From positions 3,428 to 67,427 of the IMG/VR virus record IMGVR_UViG_2595698876_000001: a DNA stretch of 64,000 nucleotides; one strand, given 5' to 3'. The DNA comes from a virus. Taxonomy: Duplodnaviria > Heunggongvirae > Uroviricota > Caudoviricetes > Herelleviridae. The notes below the pieces were generated by a model. The model was not told the DNA's origin. It was given only the letters and a program-made list of their open reading frames with translations, and ran no database searches. Shown here piece by piece: positions 26,356 to 34,590 of this stretch (its first letter is position 1; each line of letters opens with the position of its first letter). The position numbers and the translations under genes are program-made.

Positions 26356-26643
26356 TTATTTTCCCTCCACGGCTCTATTTTTCTTTTCTAATAAACCATA
26401 TCGTTTTGACTCCAGTTCCCTATTTTCGTCTTCTGATAAGTCTTCAAATAACTCTCTATAACCTACTTTGAATAAGTCCTCCAGCAACATTAACTTTTCC
26501 GGTCTAGGGAATTTAAGTCCACCTTCCCAGTTACTAACTGTTGAGAAACTTACTCCCAACTTATCTCCTAGTGAATATGTTGTATAACCTGCATCCATTC
26601 TATATTTTTTCAATCTCTTAGGTGTTCGTTCTTTTTTTGTCAT
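26356..26643 (-). CDS. XRE-family helix-turn-helix regulator
   Basis: LKKYRMDAGYT...LGDKLGVSFSTVSNWEGGLKFP HTH_3 pattern. Confidence 0.88.
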   Translation of the reverse strand: MTKKERTPKRLKKYRMDAGYTTYSLGDKLGVSFSTVSNWEGGLKFPRPEKLMLLEDLFKVGYRELFEDLSEDENRELESKRYGLLEKKNRAVEGK

Positions 26644-26688
26644 CTTTATTTTGACACTCCTTTTCGTTTTATTTGTTGTTGTACATCT

Positions 26689-26717
26689 ACAATAGCACCT
26701 TATTTCCTAAATGTCAA
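26689..26717 (-). promoter_or_regulatory. sigmaA-type promoter of XRE gene
   Basis: TTGACA-17-TATTGT. Confidence 0.7.
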
Positions 26718-26797
26718 CAACATTACCTAATTAGTTTTAAGTAAATTCTACACTACCTAGTATATCTTTTCTGAGTACAAGTTATTCCTTAAAAATA

Positions 26798-26817
26798 ACT
26801 ATTCCCTATTTTATTTT
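26798..26817 (+). repeat. 21-bp repeat copy 2 (20 nt match)
   Basis: ACTATTCCCTATTTTATTTT. Confidence 0.85.
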
Positions 26818-26950
26818 AACTTTTTCCTGATGAAATAGGTTTACCTATTATCTGACAAACCTTATTATATCAAGGTTTAACTGACTTATATTTAATTTTA
26901 CTCTTGACTAAATGTTTTAATTTTAAATAAATAATAGGTAATATTTCTGA

Positions 26951-26971
26951 TACTATTCCCTATTTTATTTT
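26951..26971 (+). repeat. 21-bp repeat copy 3
   Basis: TACTATTCCCTATTTTATTTT. Confidence 0.85.
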
Positions 26972-26989
26972 TAAGGTTTCCCTATATCT

Positions 26990-27070
26990 ATTACTGTATT
27001 TATTATTAATATTTAATTACATATATAATATTTAATATTAATTATTTTATTTAGTTATATTTATTATACT
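26990..27070. other. extreme AT-rich tract (possible unwinding element)
   Basis: 58 of 60 nt are A/T at 27001-27060. Confidence 0.6.
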
Positions 27071-27328
27071 CCACGTCCAAAAAATTAATTAATAAAAGAC
27101 AAGTAGCTCATCAGGACAGACGAAGCCGACAGAAGCCGATTGAGCGATTCTGATGTAATTTATCTAATAAGAAGTTAAAGACGTTGTACGAGGCTCCTAG
27201 ATACCTCATATTAGATGATAAATAAGTTAAAGGCTTGTCAGGATTATACCTAAAATAAATATTCAGAATTTTTAAAATATTTTACTTGTTAGTGTGTATT
27301 TTTCTTCAATACAGGTTATAATATAGAT

Positions 27329-27523
27329 ATAGGTTCCCCCATAACCTATCGTATCTAGTTTTCTCCTCCTCTGATTCGTGAAATCTTAGATACATGTTTT
27401 GTTAGGCATATTATCCTTCTCACTTTGAATAGGTTGATTTTTCATTCGTTTTATGTTAACACGCTCTTAAATGAAACGGATTAGCCCTGTCTGGTATGTA
27501 CGTACCGTGATGGGGCATTTTTT
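27329..27523 (+). ncRNA. candidate ~195-nt sRNA with C-rich/anti-SD motifs
   Basis: TATAAT 27317-27322 (weak -35); 5' hairpin with CCCCC loop; stem 27351-57/27387-93 enclosing TTTTCTCCTCCTCT; terminator 27484-27523; no credible ORF. Confidence 0.5.
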
Positions 27524-27601
27524 ATGTCCACGAAAATAGGGAGTTGCCTTATATATGGTATAATAGAAGTAAGGACATTTCCAACAAAATCAACTACTTA
27601 G

Positions 27602-27611
27602 TACTATATTA
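27602..27611 (+). promoter_or_regulatory. late-promoter motif
   Basis: TACTATATTA, preceded by TGGTATAAT at 27556. Confidence 0.7.
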
Positions 27612-27622
27612 ATAAATAGGGT

Positions 27623-27895
27623 GTGGTTTTATTGACCTCATATCAAAAAGATGAAAAATGGAATAAAGCAAAGCAACTGTTAGCTACAGGTTTAACTTGG
27701 ATTGAAGTGGTTAGTTACTACAGGCTCTTAGGTGGAACGAAAGTGAAAGTATACTCCATCCTAGAACGAGAGAAGTTGTTAATCATGGATATGACTGGAG
27801 ATAAGAATGTAGCCTTAATAGATGCGAACGGGGAAATAGTCTATGCAAGTTATCTCGATGTCAAGAACAGTCGCAAGGTTTTCGAATACAGATAA
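27623..27895 (+). CDS. hypothetical protein upstream of portal (90 aa)
   Basis: ORF track; GTG start after late promoter. Confidence 0.7.
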   Translation: MVLLTSYQKDEKWNKAKQLLATGLTWIEVVSYYRLLGGTKVKVYSILEREKLLIMDMTGDKNVALIDANGEIVYASYLDVKNSRKVFEYR

Positions 27896-27902
27896 TTCAG
27901 AA

Positions 27903-27919
27903 TATTCCCTATTTTATTT
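27903..27919 (+). repeat. 21-bp repeat copy 4 (17 nt match)
   Basis: TATTCCCTATTTTATTT just upstream of portal SD. Confidence 0.75.
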
Positions 27920-27939
27920 GAATAGAAGGTGGAATGCAA

Positions 27940-29679
27940 ATGGGATTCTGGAGTTTCCTAAAGAAAGCTCCTTCGGCAAATCCATTAGAATTATTGAATC
28001 CAGAGGACAAGCACTCTGAGATTTCTACGATGATTCGACAGATTGAAGAAGAGCAAATTATGAAGAGTACGACAGCAGAAAAAGGTAAAGCCAAAGCTTA
28101 TGAAGAACCGATATTAGGTCAATTCTCAATTAACCCTGATTACAAAGAGGCTCCGTCAAAAGATGGCAACTACAACCTGTTAGAAAATTTAAAGTTGTGG
28201 TCACGAAAGAACATCATTGTTAACGCTATTATCAACACCCGTGTTAACCAAGTTTCGATGTTCTGTAGCCCGGCTCGATACAGTTCGAGAGGTGTAGGGT
28301 ATGAGGTTCGATTAAAAGACCCATTTAAAGACCCGACTACACATGAAGAAGCTGCAATCAAACGCATAGAAGACTTCCTTCAATATACAGGAAACATGAA
28401 GGATGACTACACACGAGATAACTTCCGTGGATTCATTAAGAAGATTATCCGTGACCGCCTTATTTATGACAAGATTAACTTCGAATTAATCTACGATAAG
28501 CAAGGCGAACTTAATCGTTTTAAAGCGGTAGATGCTTCTACAATCTATGTAGCGGTTGATAAAGAAGGGCGCGAACCTAAAGGTAAGGATTCCGAGAAGT
28601 TCGTACAGGTTCTAGACCGAAGAAAAGTAGCAGCATTCAAAGCGAAAGAGATGGCTTGGGAAGTTCATAACCCGCGTACCGATATTACGGTAGGTCGATA
28701 TGGTTATTCCGAGCTAGAACTAGCGATGAACCACTTACAGTACCATGAGAATACAGAGCTATTCAACGCTCGTTACTTTGCTCAAGGTGGTACAACTCGT
28801 GGATTACTTCACATTAAAACTGGACAAGACCAATCGAGACATGCTTTACAGGCATTCCGTCGTGAATGGCAAACAATGTTTAGCGGTATCAATGGCGCTT
28901 GGAAGATTCCGGTTGTATCAGCAGAGGATGTTAAGTTCATCAATATGACTCAATCATCAAGAGATATGGAGTTTGAGAGATGGTTAAACTATCTAATCAA
29001 CGTTTTATGTAGTATCTACGCTATCGACCCATCGGAGATTAACTTCCCGAACCGTGGCGGAGCTACTGGTAGTTCTGGTAGCACACTAAACGAAACAAGC
29101 GCAAGAGAAAAGAACCGTATCTCTCGTGACAAAGGATTAGAGCCTCTATTAAAGTTCATTGAGGATGCAATCAATAAATACATAGTTTCACAGTTTGGTG
29201 ATAAATACATATTCACATTCGTTGGTGGAGATGCACAGACAGAACGTGAAATCTTAGAAACTCTTGAATTACAATCTAAAGTCGGTCTTACATTTAATGA
29301 TATCCGTAAGAAGCTTGGCTATCCTCCAGTAGAGGGTGGAGACGTAATCAACAGTGGTGTTCACGTACAAAGTCTAGGTCAAATCATGCAAGAGAAAATG
29401 ATGGAGCAACAGTTTGCATTGCAGAAGCAAGAAGCAAAACAAGCGAATGCAGCAGCTAAAACCAAGACCTCCACACCAACCAAAGAGCAGTCAGAAGCAC
29501 AGCAGAAAGGGATGAACGGTGACTCTAAAAACGTCAACGGTAAAGGAACCTATAACAAGACCGTAGGTAAGGATGGTCAAGTAAAAGGAGCTAAAAATAC
29601 CAACGCTGCAAAGCAAGGCGGCAAAGGCAACAACGGCGAAACTGTTAATAGCGACGCTAAGAAAGGCGGTAAGAAGTAA
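27940..29679 (+). CDS. portal protein
   Basis: Twort/K-type portal motifs (IVNAIINTRVNQV, YGYSELE, FAQGGTTRG, DPSEINF); start moved to second ATG by SD spacing. Confidence 0.93.
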   Translation: MGFWSFLKKAPSANPLELLNPEDKHSEISTMIRQIEEEQIMKSTTAEKGKAKAYEEPILGQFSINPDYKEAPSKDGNYNLLENLKLWSRKNIIVNAIINTRVNQVSMFCSPARYSSRGVGYEVRLKDPFKDPTTHEEAAIKRIEDFLQYTGNMKDDYTRDNFRGFIKKIIRDRLIYDKINFELIYDKQGELNRFKAVDASTIYVAVDKEGREPKGKDSEKFVQVLDRRKVAAFKAKEMAWEVHNPRTDITVGRYGYSELELAMNHLQYHENTELFNARYFAQGGTTRGLLHIKTGQDQSRHALQAFRREWQTMFSGINGAWKIPVVSAEDVKFINMTQSSRDMEFERWLNYLINVLCSIYAIDPSEINFPNRGGATGSSGSTLNETSAREKNRISRDKGLEPLLKFIEDAINKYIVSQFGDKYIFTFVGGDAQTEREILETLELQSKVGLTFNDIRKKLGYPPVEGGDVINSGVHVQSLGQIMQEKMMEQQFALQKQEAKQANAAAKTKTSTPTKEQSEAQQKGMNGDSKNVNGKGTYNKTVGKDGQVKGAKNTNAAKQGGKGNNGETVNSDAKKGGKK

Positions 29680-29771
29680 TGAATAGTTATAGAGCTGTTT
29701 TTTATTACATGGCGTTAGCTATCATTAACATTCCGAGAAGTCTCTATTACAAATTAACCAACAAAAATTAG
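29679..29771 (+). CDS. 30-aa sORF coupled to portal (not in ORF track)
   Basis: TAATG overlap; MNSYRAVFYYMALAIINIPRSLYYKLTNKN*. Confidence 0.4.
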   Translation: MNSYRAVFYYMALAIINIPRSLYYKLTNKN

Positions 29772-29797
29772 AATAACCCTCGACTAAGTGGTACTTT

Positions 29798-29807
29798 TGC
29801 TATATTA
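29798..29807 (+). promoter_or_regulatory. late-promoter motif
   Basis: TGCTATATTA. Confidence 0.7.
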
Positions 29808-29848
29808 ATATCAGTTACTATCGTACCACTTAGAAAGGAGGAATGCAC

Positions 29849-30658
29849 TTGGAAACATACGTGGATAAAGCAACAGGTAAGTTTAATATGTTCGTACCAA
29901 TCGATATTGAAGAATCTATTAAAAAGAATGACGATTCTCCTTCCGAGAAATCTTGGTATCTTCGTGGGTACGCAACAACTCGTGACTTAGACAGACAAGA
30001 CGATATTGTTGACCCTAACGGGATTGACATTGATTACTTCTTGCAACATGGATACATAAATTACGAGCATCAACAAGGAGACTTCTACAAAATAGGAGTT
30101 CCAACAGAAGGGACATATGTTGACCCAGACGTTGGTTTATATGTTGAATGTAAACTATATAAGGACAACCCTTACGCTAAGAGTATGTGGGATTTAGCAA
30201 CAAACATCCAAAAGTCCGGTGTAAAACGCAAACTAGGATTCTCTGTAGAGGGGTTCGGTTTAGGACGGGATGAAGAAGACCCTCGTATTCTTAAAAAGTT
30301 ACGCGTCACAAACGTAGCAGTAACAACAAACCCAGCTAACCCATTTGCAACATGGGAACATTTCATGAAGTCCTTTACGGCTGGTTATCCTATTTCACCA
30401 GACAACGCTCTCGACGCTGGAGCATTAAGTCCAGAATCATTTGCTAGAAGCCTTTACAACCTAACATGGACGTTAAAGAAATCTGACGATAAAGAGTTTG
30501 CAGAGACATGGGATAAGATAGGAGATTACCTAGATGCAATGGATAGAAATACTCCGGAGTGCGCGATGCTATTTTTGCAGATTGCTAAAGGGTATTCTAG
30601 AAATGAAGCATTAGAAAAACTAAAAACATTTTATTCGAAATCCAGAAAGGAGCAATAA
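29849..30658 (+). CDS. prohead protease
   Basis: GYATTRDLDRQDDIV, INYEHQ, LGFSVEG, NVAVTTNPAN; TTG start by SD spacing. Confidence 0.9.
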   Translation: METYVDKATGKFNMFVPIDIEESIKKNDDSPSEKSWYLRGYATTRDLDRQDDIVDPNGIDIDYFLQHGYINYEHQQGDFYKIGVPTEGTYVDPDVGLYVECKLYKDNPYAKSMWDLATNIQKSGVKRKLGFSVEGFGLGRDEEDPRILKKLRVTNVAVTTNPANPFATWEHFMKSFTAGYPISPDNALDAGALSPESFARSLYNLTWTLKKSDDKEFAETWDKIGDYLDAMDRNTPECAMLFLQIAKGYSRNEALEKLKTFYSKSRKEQ

Positions 30659-30661
30659 TTA

Positions 30662-31591
30662 ATGACACAAGTAAAAATTTCTGAGTTAACGAAAGAACTA
30701 GAGGGCATGTCAGAAAAGGAAGTTGTAGAAAAATCTATGGACTTATCTGTTGAACAAGACGTTACCCCTGTAGCCGAGGCTAAAATTCCGGAACCAGAAG
30801 AGAAGGAAGAAGAAGCTAAGGAAGAGGAAAAAGCCGAAGAGCCTAAAGAAGAAGAGGCTAAAGAGGAAGAAGTTGTCGAAAAGTCTGCTGATAAAAAAGA
30901 AGACAAAGAAGACAAGAAGGACGAGAAAGAAAAAGGCAAGGATAAGGAAAAAGAAAAAGGTAAAGACAAAGACAAAAAAGAAGACAAGGAAGAAGTTAAG
31001 AAGTCTGAGGCTCCTACAGCTCCAGCAGAAGCTTCTGAATTGATTTCTGGTGCAGAACTATTATCTGCGTTCGAAGCTGTTGTAAAGTCTTATGAGGGCG
31101 TTAGAAAAGAACTTAAAGACTCTGAGGATTCTATTGTCGAAAAAGTTACTAAATCTATCCTTCCTATGATTGAAAATATCGCTAAACATTTCGAGAACCT
31201 TAAGAAAGAAGAGGTTAAAGAAGAAGTAGCGGAAGAGCCGAAGGAAGAAGAAGTTAAAGAACCTGAGGTAAAAGAAGAAGAAGTTAAGGAAGAAGAAACG
31301 GAAGTTGTAGAGAAATCTATGGCACCTGTTGAAGAAGAAGAGTTAGAAGGTAAAGCGGTAGAATATATCGAAAAATCTGCTAACGCTGCTGTCGAAGAGG
31401 AAGTAGAAGAAGAGGTAGTGGAAGAAGTATTTAAAGCTGCTGACCATGCTTCTACAGTCGTTGATATCGCTATCGCTAGTGGCTTTGACCCGGGAACAAA
31501 CAATCGCGTATTCCAAGCGGTAAACCGTGTTAAAGAAGGACGCGAAACAGCAGAAGATATCGACATCTTCAAAAAAGTTTTAGGTAAGTAA
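30662..31591 (+). CDS. E/K-rich scaffold-like protein (309 aa)
   Basis: Between protease and capsid; low complexity; repeated VEKS motif. Confidence 0.7.
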   Translation: MTQVKISELTKELEGMSEKEVVEKSMDLSVEQDVTPVAEAKIPEPEEKEEEAKEEEKAEEPKEEEAKEEEVVEKSADKKEDKEDKKDEKEKGKDKEKEKGKDKDKKEDKEEVKKSEAPTAPAEASELISGAELLSAFEAVVKSYEGVRKELKDSEDSIVEKVTKSILPMIENIAKHFENLKKEEVKEEVAEEPKEEEVKEPEVKEEEVKEEETEVVEKSMAPVEEEELEGKAVEYIEKSANAAVEEEVEEEVVEEVFKAADHASTVVDIAIASGFDPGTNNRVFQAVNRVKEGRETAEDIDIFKKVLGK

Positions 31592-31619
31592 TCCATCTTC
31601 GAAAAAAATAAGTAAGAAG

Positions 31620-31702
31620 TGTTATATTATACTCGTAGGCTCTAAAAATATGAAAAGGTAGCTTCCCTCCTCCTAAGTTACCTTTTCCATTTGTGGTATA
31701 AT
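31620..31702 (+). promoter_or_regulatory. capsid-gene control region: late promoter, anti-SD-loop hairpin, extended -10
   Basis: TGTTATATTA 31620-29; 12-bp stem 31653-64/31675-86 with CCCTCCTCCT loop; TGGTATAAT 31694-31702. Confidence 0.65.
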
Positions 31703-31776
31703 AGAGTTAAGGGGAGATAAATTACGTTATCAATAAAATATATAAAATACATATACTAGAAAGGAAGAATTTATAA

Positions 31777-33216
31777 ATGACAGAATTACAAAAAGAACAG
31801 AAAGTCGAAGCTCGTAAGCTCCCTGCTGGTGCAGAAGCAGAGTTAAAAGAACTAGTTTCGAAGTCATTTACAACTGGTACTGGTATTACTCCAGATACAC
31901 AGCAAGACGCAGCAGCTTTACGTCGTGAACTTTTAGACGACCAAGTAAAAATGCTTGCATTCACAAATGGAGATTTCACTATTTATCCGTTGATTAACAA
32001 ACAACAAGTTAACTCAACAGTAGCTAAATACGCAGTCTTCAATCAACATGGTCGTACTGGTCACTCTCGTTTCGTTCGTGAGGTAGGGGTAGCATCTATC
32101 AATGACCCTAACATCCGTCAAAAGACAGTACAAATGAAGTTCTTATCTGATACTAAGCAACAATCACTTGCTGCTGGTTTAGTTAACAACATCGCAGACC
32201 CAATGACAATCTTGACAGAGGATGCAATTTCTGTTATCGCTAAATCTATCGAGTGGGCAATCTTCTACGGAGATGCAGCATTAGCAGCAGAAGCAGATAA
32301 TCAAGCTGGTATCGAGTTCGATGGTTTAACTAAGCTTATCGATGAAGCTACTAACGTTATCGACTTAGCTGGGGAACGTTTAGATGAGGCTACTTTAAAC
32401 AAAGCGGCTGTAATCGTAGGTAAAGGTTATGGACGAGCTACTGATGCATTTATGCCAATCGGTGTACAAGCTGACTTCACTAACAACCTATTAGACCGTC
32501 AACGTGTTATCCAACCGTCACAAGCTGGTGGATTCTCAACTGGTTTCTCTATCAACCAATTCTTATCTACTCGTGGTGCAATCAACTTACATGGTTCTAC
32601 AATCATGGAAAATGATAACATCCTAGTTGACCGTATCCCAGAGCCAAACGCACCTCAAGCTCCTACATCTGTAGTTGCTACAGTTAAAACAGCAGACAAA
32701 GGTAAGTTCCGTCCGGTTAAGGATATTAAGACTCACGGTTACAAAGTTGTAGTTCACTCTGATGACGCAGAATCATTAGCATCTGATGAAGTAACAGCAG
32801 TAGTAGCTAACCCTACTGACTCTGTATCAATCGCAGTTAAGCTTCAATCTTTATACCAAGCTAAACCGCAGTTCATCTCTATCTACCGTAAAGGTAACGA
32901 GACAGGACATTACTTCTTAGTTGCTCGTGTACCACTTGCTAAAGCTGACGAAAATGGTGTAATCACATTCGTTGACCGTAACCAAGTAATCCCTGAGACA
33001 ACTGATGTATTCATCGGTGAATTAACTCCACAAGTAATTAGTTTACTAGAGTTACTTCCTATGATGAAACTACCATTAGCTCAAATGAATGCTACTACAA
33101 CATTCACAGTGTTATGGTACGGCGCATTAGCATTATACGCTCCTAAGAAATGGGTTCGTATCAAGAACGTTCAGTACATCCCAGCTCTAGCAGCAGATGT
33201 TACTTACCGTCCTTAA
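31777..33216 (+). CDS. major capsid protein
   Basis: Herelleviridae pattern (KSFTTG maturation site, ALRRE.L, GLVNNIADP, IEWAIFYG, LALYAPKKW.RIKNV). Confidence 0.96.
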   Translation: MTELQKEQKVEARKLPAGAEAELKELVSKSFTTGTGITPDTQQDAAALRRELLDDQVKMLAFTNGDFTIYPLINKQQVNSTVAKYAVFNQHGRTGHSRFVREVGVASINDPNIRQKTVQMKFLSDTKQQSLAAGLVNNIADPMTILTEDAISVIAKSIEWAIFYGDAALAAEADNQAGIEFDGLTKLIDEATNVIDLAGERLDEATLNKAAVIVGKGYGRATDAFMPIGVQADFTNNLLDRQRVIQPSQAGGFSTGFSINQFLSTRGAINLHGSTIMENDNILVDRIPEPNAPQAPTSVVATVKTADKGKFRPVKDIKTHGYKVVVHSDDAESLASDEVTAVVANPTDSVSIAVKLQSLYQAKPQFISIYRKGNETGHYFLVARVPLAKADENGVITFVDRNQVIPETTDVFIGELTPQVISLLELLPMMKLPLAQMNATTTFTVLWYGALALYAPKKWVRIKNVQYIPALAADVTYRP

Positions 33217-33391
33217 TTAATACATACCAAAACTAGTTAGGGTTTTAATAGATAGACGTACCTACCTCTTAATTGAGGAGGTACGATTTATAAAAACTAC
33301 CATACCCTAACCTGATAATATCATAGGTGTTTCGCCACCGCAAGTGCGAACTTTAAAATAGTCCTTTGACAACTAAATAAAAAAACTGAAT

Positions 33392-33423
33392 AGGAGCAGA
33401 CAAAAAATCTGCTCCTTTTTATT
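33392..33423 (+). terminator. intrinsic terminator after capsid gene
   Basis: AGGAGCAGA/TCTGCTCCT followed by T run. Confidence 0.85.
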
Positions 33424-33453
33424 TCAAAAAATACGATATAAAGGAGATTTATT

Positions 33454-33684
33454 ATGTTAGTAAATGAACAATTAGCAGGAAAGACAGTAGCATCAGCCTT
33501 TGGAGACATTACCTTCAATGAGAAAGGTGAAGCTGTAGAAGTTAAACCAGAAGTAGAAAAGGCTTTAGCACACGTTCAAGGATTCACTCTAGTAGAAGAG
33601 AAGCCGGAACCAAAGAAAGAGTCTCCAGCTAAGAAAGCCGCACCTAAAAAGGCTGCACCTAAAGCAGATAAAGAAGAAAAATAA
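33454..33684 (+). CDS. small virion-associated protein (76 aa)
   Basis: AAGGAG SD; position after capsid gene; K/A/P-rich tail. Confidence 0.7.
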   Translation: MLVNEQLAGKTVASAFGDITFNEKGEAVEVKPEVEKALAHVQGFTLVEEKPEPKKESPAKKAAPKKAAPKADKEEK

Positions 33685-33696
33685 TAGGGAGTAGGG

Positions 33697-34575
33697 TTGT
33701 GTATGTTCACAAATGAAGAAAGAGGATATCAGTATCAACATAATAACGAGAAGTTAATCTCTCTAGAAGATATTGAAAAACTCCGACTAGAAGACTATGG
33801 ATTAACCGTAGATGCCGTTAAGATGAATCACTTCGGTATTGTTGTTACTGACCCTAGAACTGGTGAATACATGCCGGATGAGTTCTATCAATCTAAAATA
33901 GAACAGGCTGTAGCGCAAGCAGAGAAGAAGTTAGACATCGTAATTCTCCCTCGATACAACTCTGAACACCACGATTACTACCGTAATGACTTTGAAAGCT
34001 TCATGTTCCTTCGTACACATCAGCGACCAATCATGCAAGCAGAGAAGGTTACATTAGAGTATGGTGGAGGAGCTGTTTTTAACTACCCTACGAAGTGGTG
34101 GAAGGTTTATAAGCTAGAGGGTCACTTAGAGATGCTACCGACTCTAATGCTGTCAGAGCAGGGTCAGAACATGAATTTAGCGCAAGCATACTCCGGTTAC
34201 CCTATGATTGCAGGTATTCCACATTTAGTTGGTAATAACTACGCTCCACAGATGTTCCATGTAGAGTATGTAGCTGGCATGTTACCGCCAAAACGAAGAG
34301 GTGTATCGCAACCGTGGGAAATGCATCCTGATTTATGGACACTCATTATTAAGATTGCTTTAAAAGAAGTATTCCAACAATGGGGTCGCTTAATCGTAGG
34401 TGCAGGTATCGCGTCTATGGACATCAGTATCGATGGTATTTCACAACACATTGATACAACTCAATCTGCTATGTATGGTGGAGCATCAGCCGATATCATG
34501 CAGCTAGATAGAGATATTCAAGAATTAGTAGATGGATTGAAATCTTACTACGGAGTTAACTTAGGAATTATTTAA
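33697..34575 (+). CDS. head-tail adaptor/neck protein
   Basis: Synteny; IIGAGIA..S.DG.S-type C-terminal motif. Confidence 0.75.
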   Translation: MCMFTNEERGYQYQHNNEKLISLEDIEKLRLEDYGLTVDAVKMNHFGIVVTDPRTGEYMPDEFYQSKIEQAVAQAEKKLDIVILPRYNSEHHDYYRNDFESFMFLRTHQRPIMQAEKVTLEYGGGAVFNYPTKWWKVYKLEGHLEMLPTLMLSEQGQNMNLAQAYSGYPMIAGIPHLVGNNYAPQMFHVEYVAGMLPPKRRGVSQPWEMHPDLWTLIIKIALKEVFQQWGRLIVGAGIASMDISIDGISQHIDTTQSAMYGGASADIMQLDRDIQELVDGLKSYYGVNLGII

Positions 34576-34590
34576 GAGAGGAGGTAGAGT

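Noticed and set aside
26356-26643. XRE gene as evidence of lysogeny
   Set aside because: No integrase, cro or antirepressor in the window, and the Herelleviridae gene set is typical of lytic phages.
27392-27421. Minus-strand MPNKTCI* mini-ORF inside the sRNA candidate
   Set aside because: Only 7 aa, short SD spacing and no minus-strand promoter found.
25913-27919. 21-bp repeats as a CRISPR array
   Set aside because: Irregular spacing (about 150-950 bp), mixed orientation, no cas genes.
30662-31591. GAA-rich repeats as a tandem-repeat or mobile element
   Set aside because: Explained by E/K-rich coding sequence of the scaffold-like protein.
33293-33365. AAACTA...AAATAGTCC resembling group I intron R and S elements
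   Set aside because: Intergenic; the P7 pairing has a mismatch; no P/Q elements or splice junctions; at most a structured UTR.
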